A DNA stretch of 63,751 nt, filler included, from Thraustochytrium aureum (GCA_012862495.1; 4 parts of 3 records of this genome joined end to end with filler, not necessarily neighbours in it), one strand, 5' to 3'; numbered from the whole stretch's first letter, positions 46,249 through 58,959 are shown. Numbers and translations: made by a program. Notes: generated from the sequence alone by a model not told the origin.

Positions 46249-47352
46249 ATGAACACAACCCTGACGAGCACGGCGGCGCTGTCCTGCAGCGACACCTCAG
46301 CGATGGAGCTAGCTGAAATCGAGCAGTGCGAGGAACTGAAGCGGCTGCAGCAAACGTACTGGACATGGGCGGTGGTTGCATCGACCGTTCTTTGCTCGGC
46401 CTCCTGCGCCTTGCGTGGGAATACAAATCCAACCCCAAAAATGAGGCGGCGCCCGTTCACCTACTTTTACGTAATGCTGCTTGGCGACCTGGTCTTTGTC
46501 CTCACCTACCTGCCTTACCACCTGAACAACGTGGTCCTCCTGAATGCCAATGGCAGCGTGGACGTCAACGACAACGTGGCATGGTGCCGATTTTCGTGGG
46601 CCACTGCCACAGCGTCGCTCTTGCTCGAGTTTTCTGGCCTGGCCCTTATCAGCTACTACCCGTACCGAACGATGGTAAACGCAAAGTCGATGAAAAAGAC
46701 CTCAACGGCGATCTCCAAGACCACTTTTGCAGCTGTTATTTCCGTGTCGTTGTTCTTCGCCTTGGTCTGGTTTACCAGTGGGATCATCCTGGACCAGGTT
46801 GGCTCATATCGCGGGCTCTATTGGTAAGTTGGGCTTTCCACCTCCGCCCCAAGAGCAAACCCACTGACAAGATTCCGACGCGCGTCGGCTCCATTGCCCA
46901 GTGGCCCGAAAGAGTGGGGCAACATCCAAGGCGTATTTCTGTTTACCTTTCCTTCGATCGCGTTCGGGTTCATGATCTACTTTTACTACAACGCGTGGAA
47001 GATGCTCGAAGCCGCAAGCCACGCTTCGAATACTGAAAGCACGACGGCGGGCGCTGACAAAAAGGTCGCAAAGGCGGCCAGAAAGGTATTGAACTTTGGC
47101 CTCTTGATGGTGTCAACCTTCTTCTTGACCTGGGGACCGCTCACAATCACATGTTTTTGCAACGTCGTTGGCATCACTGTGCCAATTCAACTCGAGATGT
47201 TTGCAGGGAACATGACCAAGTGGAAGGGCTTCGTCGACACAATGATCATCCTCCAGATGCCTCAGCTACGTGAAAAGTCAAGCCGCGTCAACCCGAGTGC
47301 CGGCGACGCAACCTCGGTCGCGCTAACGTCAGCTTCGTCACACCACGAATAG
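46249..47352 (+). CDS. Rhodopsin-like 7TM receptor; intron 46824-46901
   Basis: N-glycosylation site MNTT, TM2 LLGDL, TM3-start WC, ECL2 YRGLYC after splicing (GTAAGT...CACTGAC...CAG), TM6 FFLTWGP, TM7 GNMTKWKGFVDT. Confidence 0.8.
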
Positions 47353-47716
47353 TGCGCTCGACCCTTCGAAAGATCTGAACTGCAGGCGAACTCGTTCACA
47401 TGAAAGTCCCGAAAAAACTGTGTGTTGCAGCATACTACATGGTACTCTACGTTGACAGCAGCCTTGTTGACGCTGGGATGAAACAAGCGCGTCCCAGCAC
47501 TCGCCCGATTCAAAGCGGCTGGCTGCAGTCGCTATCTTCTCAATTTCTATCGCCTCCACCTCGAGCACTTGGACAGCATTTCTGGCATACAAACGCGCTG
47601 TAGCGACTGCCTCTGCACCGCGCCAAGCGTTGCCTGCCCCGTGGCAACACTTTAGCTAGCTCTAGCTAGCGCTAGTTGAGTAGAGTTGATACTTACAAAT
47701 GCAAGACAACATCCGC

Positions 47717-49132
47717 TTAGCCAAGGTCGCCAGGCTGCAGCTCCATAGGAATCGCATCAGACGGTTGGGGCGTCCTGGCCGAGAAGACAGCGTCCGGCGT
47801 AGGCTGGATCTTGGGCTGGCTGCCCCGGGTGGGCCCAGACCTGGCACTCTCTATTACAGCGTCCGAGTCATGCGCGACTTGCTCTGGGCGCANNNNNNNN
47901 NNNNNNNNNNNNNNNNNNNNNNNNNNNNNNNNNNNNNNNNNNNNNNNNNNNNNNNNNNNNNNNNNNNNNNNNNNNNNNNNNNNNNNNNNNGGCTCCAAAC
48001 CAGGCGGCCGGACAAGAGGGCGACGGTTCCTCTGCCTGGCCTGGAAATCGGCCCAAGCGCCCTTTGTGCGCGCCAAGGACTTTAGCAAGCGAGCCGCTGG
48101 CAGGGGCACCTGGTTGGTCTCCATCGCGCTGCGAATGACCACAAAGCTGTTCGGGTGCCAGATGGCAACGTAGAGGTTTTTCAACCCAAACAGCAGGAGC
48201 GTGAACAGGCAGTTGTAGCCGCGGGTTCGCAAACTCACAGTAAAGACGAGCAGGTCAACCGTCAGGTCCCTCTGCTCCAAGAGCTCGCCGGACAGGGCCA
48301 AGCCCATTCCAGACAGCACAGCCACGTAAAATGCAAACATGGCGATACTGCCACGCCTCAGCGAGGTGGGAAACCCGTCCATGAACAGCACCAGGACAAG
48401 CTGCATGCTCAGCGGGGCGAGGTACGGTGCTCGGCTTGAACCTGCCAGAACCGCAAACAGGCTCAGGAGCAGGACGAGGTTGAAGAGCAGGAAGGCGCAC
48501 TCGAACCGGACCAAAACCTCTCTCACGAGTACAGCGTTCAGCGTCAGCGAAAGGGCGACTGCCATCACCAACGAGACTGCTGACAGTGCGAGCATGACAG
48601 GCTCAGCTCGACCCTGGCACAGACGCGCGTTTGCCATCGAACACGACAGCGAGCTCAGCATTCCAGCACCGATCATTGCAGCACAGATGGGAAAGGCAAT
48701 GCGTGATGCGACGGCCTTGACCACCAGCGAGCTGGCCCATTCGACGCCGAGTCGTTTGCCCACGGTGTCCCGGGCCCAGAGGATGTACGGGTCGCTTGAG
48801 GGCTGGCACACGCGCACAAGTATGTCATCGTCAGAGCTCGACGATAATGCCGCCTGGTAAACTTGCTTGGCAAGAGCCGTCGAGTTGCGCCGCCTGTCGT
48901 CCATGAGCGACTTGGGGTCGCTCGCACGGAGCTCTTGCTCGAAGGCCTCGGCCGCAGTCCGTGCTTTGGGGGACGGGAACGTGAAGCTTCCACCGAGGTT
49001 CAGCCGGCGCGGCGTGGACCCGCGCATCTCATAACTACGTCGACGTCTTGGCGAGCTCGAAGCCGAGGCGGCCGAGCCCCTGCTTGACGGGCTTGGGCTC
49101 GGCGCACTTTCCGCAGGCGCGACCTGCGCCAT
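47717..49132 (-). CDS. Unknown multi-pass membrane protein
   Basis: 471-aa ORF with a Ser/Arg-rich N-terminus and about 6 hydrophobic helices (FECAFLLFNL, FMDGFP). Confidence 0.7.
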   Translation of the reverse strand: MAQVAPAESAPSPSPSSRGSAASASSSPRRRRSYEMRGSTPRRLNLGGSFTFPSPKARTAAEAFEQELRASDPKSLMDDRRRNSTALAKQVYQAALSSSSDDDILVRVCQPSSDPYILWARDTVGKRLGVEWASSLVVKAVASRIAFPICAAMIGAGMLSSLSCSMANARLCQGRAEPVMLALSAVSLVMAVALSLTLNAVLVREVLVRFECAFLLFNLVLLLSLFAVLAGSSRAPYLAPLSMQLVLVLFMDGFPTSLRRGSIAMFAFYVAVLSGMGLALSGELLEQRDLTVDLLVFTVSLRTRGYNCLFTLLLFGLKNLYVAIWHPNSFVVIRSAMETNQVPLPAARLLKSLARTKGAWADFQARQRNRRPLVRPPGLEXXXXXXXXXXXXXXXXXXXXXXXXXXXXXXXXXXRPEQVAHDSDAVIESARSGPTRGSQPKIQPTPDAVFSARTPQPSDAIPMELQPGDLG

Positions 49133-50179
49133 GTGCTATCTTAAAAAATAGCTGGGTCTCAGCTCAGCCTTGACATCTGCGATTTTCGCAGTTCGGGCGC
49201 CGAGTGCTCTGGCGCTCGTGCGCCGTTGGCATCAGGGATCTGCGCGACACAACGTGGCTCGAGAACCGCAAACGCTCATCAGTGGGCCCAGAAAAGCAAC
49301 TCTGGACTGCAAGGGAGACACAGCGCATCGCAAACGAGTATGGAGGTCCACACAAAGTGCTCGATCGACTAGCAAACTCCTGCCCGGTTGAAATTCAATT
49401 GAAAGCGGTGTGACCCCAGCCTCTCCTTTCTTGTTGATTGAATGAATGAGATTTCTGCAGCGCAAACACTCGTCGTCGCCTGTGTCTTTCGCAATTGCGC
49501 GTGTGGTAGTCGGCTGGCGGCGCCGCTCCGCACGGCAACGGCCGCAATAGAGCAACTGTCTCATCAGCGGAGTCCTTCGACGCGCTTTCGAGAGTGGTCG
49601 CTATGGCGGGGGTGGTCGATTTCTCTTTTTTGACAACGACGGCCTGGCATGGCGCCTGAGCTGTGCAGAGAGTGCACAGGAGCCAAGCCGTCCATGGTGG
49701 CTGCAAGAAGAATCCAGCCCGTTGCAGGTGGCTGCCAAATTACGAGCCGTTACAACTAGTCGCTCCTGGCCTGGGATGAGTCCCAGCAACCGACGTTCCA
49801 ACCGGTCCTCCGTCGAACCGTGCTTGCTTCACGCGGAGACCTCGATCGAGCTGGGCTTGCTGCGTACAGGCAGCAAGCCGTCGCGCGATTCACGAGCTCG
49901 GCTCCGAGGCATTTGCGGTTCGCTGCTCGGCGAACGAACGGAGCCCACCAACTGCAATGCCGCACGCATTGCGCGCGTGCGGCACGAGCCCAACGCGCGG
50001 CCGTCGAGCTGCCTCGCACGCTGGCCAGACGCGCGCGCGACGCGAGGGACGGGCCCCGAGGCGCCAACTGCGGTTTCAAAAAAAACAACATGTGACGCCA
50101 AAACGCCAACCAAACGTGAGTCGTTTTTTGTCGACATGGATGGGACCACCAGCAGCAAAGGCTCAACTGCGCCGGTGGG

Positions 50180-51714
50180 ATGCCGCGCGAGATCGTGACT
50201 GTTCAGGTGGGCCAATGCGGCAACCAGATCGGAAGAAGGTTCTGGGAGCTGGCACTGCAGGAGCATGCAGCGGTCGTCAAGGGCGGGATGTTTGACGACG
50301 CGATGAGCTCGTACTTTCGGAATGTTGACGCACGGACTGGCGCCGACTTTGACGGCGTGCAGCACCCAATCAGCTGCCTCAAGGCGAGGGCAGTTCTCGT
50401 CGATACGGAGGAGGGCGTTCTCGCGCAGACGCTGGCCTCGCCGCTCGGCGAGCTGTTTGAGGAGAATGAGTTTGTCCGCGGCGTGTCGGGCGCCGGCAAC
50501 AACTTTGCGCATGGATTCTTCGGGTACGGGCCCGAGTATGGCGGGAAAGTGATCAACTCGGTGCGCCGCGTCGCCGAGAAGTGCGACTCGCTGCAAGCGT
50601 TCTTCCTCCTGCACTCTACCGGGGGCGGCACGGGTTCTGGGCTCGGATCCTACTTGCTGGGCGCTCTTGAGGACGCCTTCCCGGGCAAGCTCCGGTTTGC
50701 GGGGAGCGTGCTACCGTGAGTTTCCCCGCTTGACCTGCGCGCTAGTTTTGCGCGCTTGCTTGTGCGGCTCCGCAGCGGCTAGCGCTGACGCGGGGCGGGG
50801 CTGCTTGCGGAAAGCTCAGGTCGGAGGACGACGACGTGGTGACGTCGCCCTACAACGCGGCATTCGCGATTCGCGAGCTGCGCGAGCGCGCCGACTGCGT
50901 CTTTCCGATGGACAACCAGGCCCTGCTGGATATCTGCGATGCTGCGCGCGCGCAGGCGGCCAAGCCTGCCCGCGGCGCGCCCCGTGACCGTCCCGACAAG
51001 AAAAGCGCAGCGGGCGAGGACCGCGGCGCCTTCGACGACATGAACGCCATCGCGGGGCAGATGCTCTCCAACCTTACTAGTTGCGCTCGCTTCCACGGAA
51101 AGATGAACGTGGACATAAGCGAGCTGACGACCAACCTCGTCCCCTTTCCCAAGATGCAGTTTATCCTCTCGAGCCTGAGCCCGCTCGGGCCAGACGAGCC
51201 GCCAGGGCAGCTCCAGGGCTCGCGCGAGACGGCGCAGGCCAGGCAAGTCGACCGAACCTTTGCCGGGGCTCTGGCGCGGTCCAACCAGCTCCTAAAGAGC
51301 GACCCGAGCAACGGCCAGTTCTTCTCGTGCGCCCTCCTGATGCGCGGTGCGGTCAACCTGAACGACCTGCAGCGAAACGTGGACCGGCTCGCGGGGCAGA
51401 TCGACCTCGTGCCGTGGAACCCGCAAGGCTTCAAGGTGGGGCTCAGCCCAGTTGCTCCTGTGGGCCACGCGCACTCGCTGCTCTGCCTGTCAAACAACTC
51501 TTGCGTTCGAACCACCTTTTCCAGCATGGAGGCGCGCTTTCGCGGACTCTACGGGCCGAGGCGCAAAGCGTACATGCACCACTACACCCAATACACTGAG
51601 GCGGAGGCGTTCGAGGAGGCCCTCGAAGCGCTTCGCGAGCTTCAGGACGAGTATGCGTTTCGCTCCAGCGCGCGGACAGAGCACGCGCAAACCCGGCCCG
51701 TGCTCCTCGGCTAG
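50180..51714 (+). CDS. TUBE1: Epsilon-tubulin; intron 50716-50819
   Basis: MPREIVTVQVGQCGNQIG, ALQEHA...FDDAMSSYFRNVD, LKARAVLVDTEEGV, GGGTGSG, PSEDDDVVTSPYN after splicing, RKAYMHHYTQY. Confidence 0.96.
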
Positions 51715-51857
51715 CCTCCCCACAAGGAGCCTGTGCTGTGCTGCTTGTCAGGGCGGGAAAATCAACGGGGTATTTTGTAAACGATGTGTATTGGGAGATG
51801 AGCTAGCGAGAGCTACGGCTGCTCGATCGATCGCCTCGGCGGTGATTCTGCCCGGCC

Positions 51858-51940
51858 GCCTGGCTGGCTCAGCCAGGCTGGCTCAGCCAAGCTGGCTCAG
51901 CCCGGGCTGGCTCAGCCAGGCTGGCTCGCTGGCTGGCTGC
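51858..51940. repeat. About 14-bp GGCTGGCTCAGCCA tandem repeat between the convergent tubulin and PDI genes
   Basis: Read directly, about 5 copies. Confidence 0.85.
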
Positions 51941-51960
51941 CTATCTATCGCATATCCAGC

Positions 51961-54002
51961 TCAGAGCTCGTCGCGCTCGACAGCGCCGCCCTCTTGCTCC
52001 TCCTCGTCGACCTCGTCGGCTTCCAGGTCTTCCGGATTCATGGGCTCCAACTTGCCGGCCAACATCGCGTCCAGGAACGCGCCGAGGCCGTCAATTGTCA
52101 CTTCGGCGCCCTCGAGCTTGAACTCGCCAGACTCACCAGCCATGCCATAAATCGCGCCGCCGATGTCGTTGTTGCGAACATGAACAGCACGCACGAACCG
52201 GACGTTGGTCCCGATCTCGTCGTCTACGAGAAAAAAGTCCATGGCGAACTCCATCTCCTCGTCGAAAAAGTCGACCCAGGTGAACATGACGCGATCCTCT
52301 CCGCCGCTGCGCATCCGCGCAAATTCTTTAAAGGTCGGCCGGCTGATGTCGTCAGGCGGGGAGATCAGAAACACAAACACTTTGATGCCGATGTCGATCC
52401 CGTCATCCAGAACGTCGTCCGTAAAGAGCGGAACCAAAGGAAGCGCCTTGATCCGGATCGCTTTGCGCACGTCGTCAGCGCTCGCCCAGTCTTTTACGTC
52501 GGCCGAGCTCACCGTTGCGACCCCGTCCTCGTGAACGACGACCATCGCCTGCTCAAGCGCGGCGCCGTCCGGGCCAAAATACTTGCTCCAGGCCTCGCTG
52601 CTGGCACCAGGAGCCAGCGCAAACTCAAAGTCCAGGCCATATGCGACTTCGTCCAGCACCGCGCTCGGCTTGGCCGAGGGATCCCGGAGCAAGAGGACGA
52701 TTTTTGGCGGCCCGTCTCAGCCACGCTGGCGGTGAAATCCTCAATGTCCTGAACAGTCGCCCCGGCAAGTGTCGCAGAAAACGTGGGCTGGATCATGCGC
52801 TTGATCCACTCGAGCAGAATCCCTACATCTTTGCGCTCTTGCGAGTTGAACGGGTGCGCCTGGCCATTGCGGAACCAGTAGAGCGTCGGATAGGCCGAGA
52901 CTTCGTACTGTTCTGCGATTGCCTTCTCCGCGGTGGCGTCAACCTTGGCGATGACGACGTTTGGGGCTGCGGTGGCAGCTTGAAGCGCTAGTCGCTCGTA
53001 CACTGGCGCCAATTTCTTGCAAAAGCCGCACCACGGCGCCATGAACTCGACGAGCACAAACTCGTTGCTCTCGATTGTTTTCACAAAGTTGTCGCTCGTA
53101 AGATCCACGATTGCGGAGGGAATCGAGCAGGCGTCGCCCAGGAAAGTGTCCATGGCGATGTTGTACAGGTCTTCTTCGCTAAAGTCGTCCTCGTCGTCGT
53201 CCTCGTCGTCCTCGTCCTCCTCGGGATGCTCTGCCTTGTACTTGAGTAGCTCATCAAGCGCGATCGACCTGATCCCAAACCTTTCAGGCCGAACGACGAT
53301 GATGCCTTCGTTCAGCTGGATGTCCTCAACCGCCCGGCCTGCAGCGCGGAGGGCAGCGACAACCGCCTTGACAGGCTCGGTAGATTCGTAAAAGGCGAAC
53401 TTGCGGTCGAGGACGTCCTCTCGGGCCATAAACTCCAACGCGCTCCAGAGGTGCTCGTTGGCGGTGGCGTTGCGGGCTGCGAGGATTACGAGCGAGTCGC
53501 GAAAGGTAACGCTTTCGTGTCCCCGGGCGAACCGCTCGAGGTCCTCTTTGGAGGTGAGCGACTTTATCGGCTGGCGCGCCGACTGCTTAACGAATCGCAT
53601 GATCCCGTCAGCACTCATGGCTGCAGCAAAGTCCTGGGGCTTGCCCCCAACTGGAAACCACTTTAGCGTCGGGTAGGCGTCGATGCCGTACTCCTTGGCA
53701 ACCTCCTTGTACGTGTCCGCGTCAATCTCAGCGAAAACCACCTTCTCAACCGTGCCGTCCGTCTGCATGTCGGAAATCTTGCGCGCCGCACTCCGAAAGT
53801 CCGGCATGAACGCCCTGCAGTTTCCGCACCACGGGGCCATGAACACCACCAGCACGTTGGCGCCCTCGCCGTTCTTCTCCTTGATCCGCTCCTCAAAGGT
53901 ATCCCCGAAGAAAACCTCGACAGGGTCGCTGCTCGCGCCCAGCGCGACCTCCGAGCCAGCGAGCGCCGCGACCAGCGCGAGGAGGAGCTTCCAGGCCATC
54001 AT
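51961..54002 (-). CDS. Protein disulfide isomerase-like ER protein (frameshift at about 52711)
   Basis: Signal peptide, two thioredoxin domains (APWCGNC, APWCGFC; YPTL), an acidic linker and a C-terminal RDEL. Confidence 0.92.
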
Positions 54003-54927
54003 CGCGCGCACGTGCCGAAACCGCCACAATCCGCCCGCGCGAGGAGGGAGATCCGCCGCGCCGGTCCACGCCTGGCCGCCTCGTCTCTGCCGCTCAAGTA
54101 GCCTGCCTGCGNNNNNNNNNNNNNNNNNNNNNNNNNNNNNNNNNNNNNNNNNNNNNNNNNNNNNNNNNNNNNNNNNNNNNNNNNNNNNNNNNNNNNNNNN
54201 NNNNNNNNNNNNNNNNNNNNNNNNNNNNNNNNNNNNNNNNNNNNNNNNNNNNNNNNNNNNNNNNNNNNNNNNNNNNNNNNNNNNNNNNNNNNNNNNNNNN
54301 NNNNNNNNNNNNNNNNNNNNNNNNNNNNNNNNNNNNNNNNNNNNNNNNNNNNNNNNNNNNNNNNNNNNNNNNNNNNNNNNNNNNNNNNNNNNNNNNNNNN
54401 NNNNNNNNNNNNNNNNNNNNNNNNNNNNNNNNNNNNNNNNNNNNNNNNNNNNNNNNNNNNNNNNNNNNNNNNNNNNNNNNNNNNNNNNNNNNNNNNNNNN
54501 NNNNNNNNNNNNNNNNNNNNNNNNNNNNNNNNNNNNNNNNNNNNNNNNNNNNNNNNNNNNNNNNNNNNNNNNNNNNNNNNNNNNNNNNNNNNNNNNNNNN
54601 NNNNNNNNNNNNNNNNNNNNNNNNNNNNNNNNNNNNNNNNNNNNNNNNNNNNNNNNNNNNNNNNNNNNNNNNNNNNNNNNNNNNNNNNNNNNNNNNNNNN
54701 NNNNNNNNNNNNNNNNNNNNNNNNNNNNNNNNNNNNNNNNNNNNNNNNNNNNNNNNNNNNNNNNNNNNNNNNNNNNNNNNNNNNNNNNNNNNNNNNNNNN
54801 NNNNNNNNNNNNNNNNNNNNNNNNNNNNNNNNNNNNNNNNNNNNNNNNNNNNNNNNNNNNNNNNNNNNNNNNNNNNNNNNNNNNNNNNNNNNNNNNNNNN
54901 NNNNNNNNNNNNNNNNNNNNNNNNNNN

Positions 54928-55518
54928 AAACTGATCCCGCATCTGCGAGGCCGTCCCTAGCGAGCAGAGAGCCTCGACGAGGTCACCAAAGCGCGAGGAG
55001 CGCGCGCACGTTACAAACGCGCCGCGGAACGCCCTGCCCTGGTGCCTGCCGGACCCCGTGCTGTCAGCATATGTGGTTTCGCACTGCCGTTCGTAGGGCA
55101 GCACGACGTGCAGCACGACGTCGTCCAGCGTCCACTCTTTTCGCGGTTTCGCCGTGACTTGGCTTTGGGAGAATTCAACAAGCCGGCCGTCTCTAGCGCG
55201 ACCGACGAGCTGGCCGGTCGGCAGCTCCTCGACCAGCTCGATCGTGTCGCCTGCTAAGACAGCCTTGCACAGGTCTTCGGTAGCTACGAAAAGCATCACG
55301 TCGCGCGCCTCGGCCCGCGATCGCACCTTTGCCCACAAGCGAGCGAGGTAGCGAATGCTCAGGCCGTGCCACGTTGGCTCGGCGGCCTCTGCCGCCGCTG
55401 GCGTGCTTTCGGCCGAGTTTGACCGGTCCGTGCGGCTGGTCAGCGCGCGCCGCTTGCCATTCTTCGCCTTGCGGAGCGCCCCAGCCACGTTCTTCGCAAT
55501 CAGTTGCAGCACCGCCAT
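54928..55518 (-). CDS. Partial protein with a degenerate TIR/HET-like N-terminal block
   Basis: GLSIRYL...TLDDVVLHVVLP...YAD...AFVTCARSSRFGDLVEAL resembles the FVSHAWxxxFxDLVxAL block of protist TPR proteins. It runs into a gap. Confidence 0.5.
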
Positions 55519-57574
55519 CGCGCGCCACGTTCTCCGCCGGTGGCCCGAGCGTCGAACAGCGTGCACCACTCGAGCAGCTTGTGCCAGGCGAACACGTCCT
55601 CGTGCCCGTACCAGCGACCTCGCCTTTCACAAGAGGCGCTCTTCCACGCCTGCCGCAAGCCGCGACGCCCCGCGCGCAGGCCAAGGGCCTTGCTCGTTTC
55701 AACTCGAAGAAACGTGGTGTTCTCCTGGGCAATCGGTGTCTGTCGACGGCACCGAGTCGCATTGGCCGAGTCCCATTGCACATGCTCACTCCGCCTTACC
55801 TCGCGCTGTGACGGTACGCGACTCTGTCCGTCCAACGTATCTCTTACGGACGGGAACCGGCTCTCCAGGCCACTTGCAGGACAGCGACGAGGTGGCCAAG
55901 CAGCGCCTCGGGCGAACCTGCTCGGCGGGGCGCGTGCCCGTGCGAGATTCAAGTGGGAATTTAAGGCGGATGAGGGCGAGTTATCGATCTCATTACTTCT
56001 ACCGAGGTCGTCACGGTGAAGGTATTCATTCTGCTCCGAGTCGAGCGGCGATATTTGGCCTGGCGGCGGGGGGCTCCTGGTGTCTCCTACGACTCATGAA
56101 GGGGAGTGCCGTTTGCCAATCCTCCGTTTACCAACCACCTGGCAGGCCAGCATTCGTGCTTTCTTTCGCCTGTCTCCAACTGGCGTTGCGAGAAAGTACG
56201 ACGCGCAGACGAAGCGAGATGCTCGAGTGGCATGGCGACCATCGCTCGCCCTCTTCCGCCGCTTTGGCGCCCCGAGTCCTGGGAAGGCTGTCCAGCGTGT
56301 TTGCTGAATTCTGTGCTGGGCTCTGTCGGGAAGCAACGCTCAAGCAGGGCGCGGCAGCGCGGCACGGAATAGGTGCTAGCAAGGGCGGGTGCTGAGCCCC
56401 TGGGGCCGGCCGACAGCGCGTCGTCTATTTGGTTCGACTGCGGCGGCGCCCAAAACAGCGCCGAGGCAAGTGCGGCGACGGCGCGCGGGTCGTCTGGAGA
56501 AAGCAGTTGGAGCCTGTGCTCGTGCAAAAAGCTGCAGTTGGCTTCAAGCCGGACAAGAGATGGGTGCGAGCGAAGTCGCGGCGATTGGCAACAGTGCGTG
56601 GAGCTGGATTCCGTTAGGGAACTGCCAGAGGCTATCATGATGTCATGGGGCGCATGACTGGAGGCAGACAGGTGGTNNNNNNNNNNNNNNNNNNNNNNNN
56701 NNNNNNNNNNNNNNNNNNNNNNNNNNNNNNNNNNNNNNNNNNNNNNNNNNNNNNNNNNNNNNNNNNNNNNNNNNNNNNNNNNNNNNNNNNNNNNCTCTGT
56801 TGACAATCGTTTGGTCTCAGCGCGCCAAAGGCCAAGCCGGCAAGGAGTTCGAGTGAGGCGATCTTTCGTTTGCTTTGCTAGAGTCCTTTCACGGGATCGC
56901 TTCCGTTGGAATGACGACCTTGCGCTGCGCCATGCCGAGCAGCCTGTCGCGTGGATGCTTTTGCTTCCACATCCTCGCTTGGCCTGTCTCGCTTGAACTC
57001 TCTCGGGCTCAGTCAGCTAGCTTCCTCACGGTTCCACCGTTTCTTGCCGAGCAAGCGCCCTGTCGACCCGCGCGCCGAGCTGAACGAGGTCCTTGGCGCA
57101 GTCGCAGAGTCCTGCGACGAGAAGCCTCACCTCGGCCTCCGCGAGCACGACATCCAGTTCCAGGCACGCATCTTCGTGCCCTCGAGCATCCTGCGCGCGA
57201 CGCCCACAAATCAGCCCGCCGCTCCCTTCCTCCGGCGTTTCGCCGCGGCCAAAACTCACATTTCCCACGCGCGCGGCCGCAGCGTCCACCCGCGCGACGA
57301 AGGCCTCCAGCGCCGCTCTCGGCGCCTCCATACCGGCAGCCCGCGGCGGCCCCCGTGACCGGGGACCGAAGGCCTTGGAACTCGGCGTGCCAAGCCAGCC
57401 AGCCCTAGGGAACCAGCTCGACGCACGCGACCGACCGACCGCTCCCAGCGCAGCCGCAGACCTGCAGGATGCTGGCCCGGAAGGCCCTATGCCGTTGTCG
57501 CGGCTGCCTCCAGACCCGTTCCTGTCGCGCTGCGCTGCCGATGCCGGAGTGCTCCTGGGACACCGACCACGTTC

Positions 57575-57770
57575 ACGAAAAACGTCGAAAAACGTCGAAA
57601 AAAATCTGCAAAAACGAGGGTGTATACGGGCAAAGGTACACTTTTATCGTATAAAACTTGTAATTTGTAAATAAAGTTTTACAAGATATTTTGGAGTTTT
57701 AATTAAAACTCTTGTTTTTTTCCTTTACATTGTAAGATTTTATTTGCCCGAAGATTTTCGTTTCGTTGTT
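57575..57770. other. AT-rich island with a perfect 18-bp palindrome (57694-57711) and imperfect inverted arms
   Basis: GAGTTTTAATTAAAACTC is self-complementary; CGGGCAAA at 57627 pairs with TTTGCCCG at about 57743. Confidence 0.7.
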
Positions 57771-58959
57771 GGTTGTGCGTTGGGCAGGTGTCCGTTGACG
57801 TGGACTTGGGCAAGCAGGTTGCGAACTGTGTGAGCTGCGCGTGGAGCGCGGCGGGCTGGGCTGGTGGCCTGAAGGCTGGGTCGTTGGCGACGCTCGCTCG
57901 CTCGCTCGCTCGCGATTCCTAAGTTGAAGAGCGCCGCCGTGTGCGTCTTTTTGCACTGATGCGCAGACGCGCGCGCCTGGCGCGTCTCGAAGGAGTTGGT
58001 TGACCAGCGGCGTCCGTCCGACGAGCCTGGATGGCCCATGGCGGCAAGGCGTTCGCTCGAGTCTCGTCTGGAGTGACGAGTTTCCTTCTCGCATCGTGTC
58101 GGCCAGTTCTCGCAATCATCCAGGTCAACGGCTATCTCTTCTCCTACGTTGACGGTGGTCAGTTGATGGGTCGGCTGCATTGCCGGCGCCGTCGGCCAGG
58201 CAAAAGCGCTCGAGGTTTCCAGTCGTCGAAGCTACTGCAGAGACGGAGCTGCTGCCGTTGCTGTCTGCGCCTGCTTATTTTGTGAAGGGAATTCGCTTCC
58301 ATGGTTGGCAGCCGGTCGGCATTTCCTAGCCGTTGGCACTGCATTGGCTCTNNNNNNNNNNNNNNNNNNNNNNNNNNNNNNNNNNNNNNNNNNNNNNNNN
58401 NNNNNNNNNNNNNNNNNNNNNNNNNNNNNNNNNNNNNNNNNNNNNNNNNNNNNNNNNNNNNNNNNNNNNNNNNNNNNNNNNNNNNNNNNNNNNNNNNNNN
58501 NNNNNNNNNNNNNNNNNNNNNNNNNNNNNNNNNNNNNNNNNNNNNNNNNNNNNNNNNNNNNNNNNNNNNNNNNNNNNNNNNNNNNNNNNNNNNNNNNNNN
58601 NNNNNNNNNNNNNNNNNNNNNNNNNNNNNNNNNNNNNNNNNNNNNNNNNNNNNNNNNNNNNNNNNNNNNNNNNNNNNNNNNNNNNNNNNNNNNNNNNNNN
58701 NNNNNNNNNNNNNNNNNNNNNNNNNNNNNNNNNNNNNNCAAGCGTGTGCGGACGAGTCCGAGCAATCATCGGAGCTAATCAGCAGCGCGCTACCTGCGCA
58801 GCGGAGCGGGCCCTGCCCTCGTGCGAAGGCAGGCTTCCGCTGGCTTGCGCCCGAGAGGTTCGACGCGCGCAACACCACCTCCTAGTGGCGGCTGCGACTC
58901 GAACGGGCGAGCGAGCGCCAGTCCAGGCCGAGACCTGGGTCCTCCCGCAGACGGTGGGC

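Noticed and set aside
57026..57331. 101-aa minus-strand ORF
   Set aside because: It has coding-like composition but no recognisable motif, so it cannot be supported.
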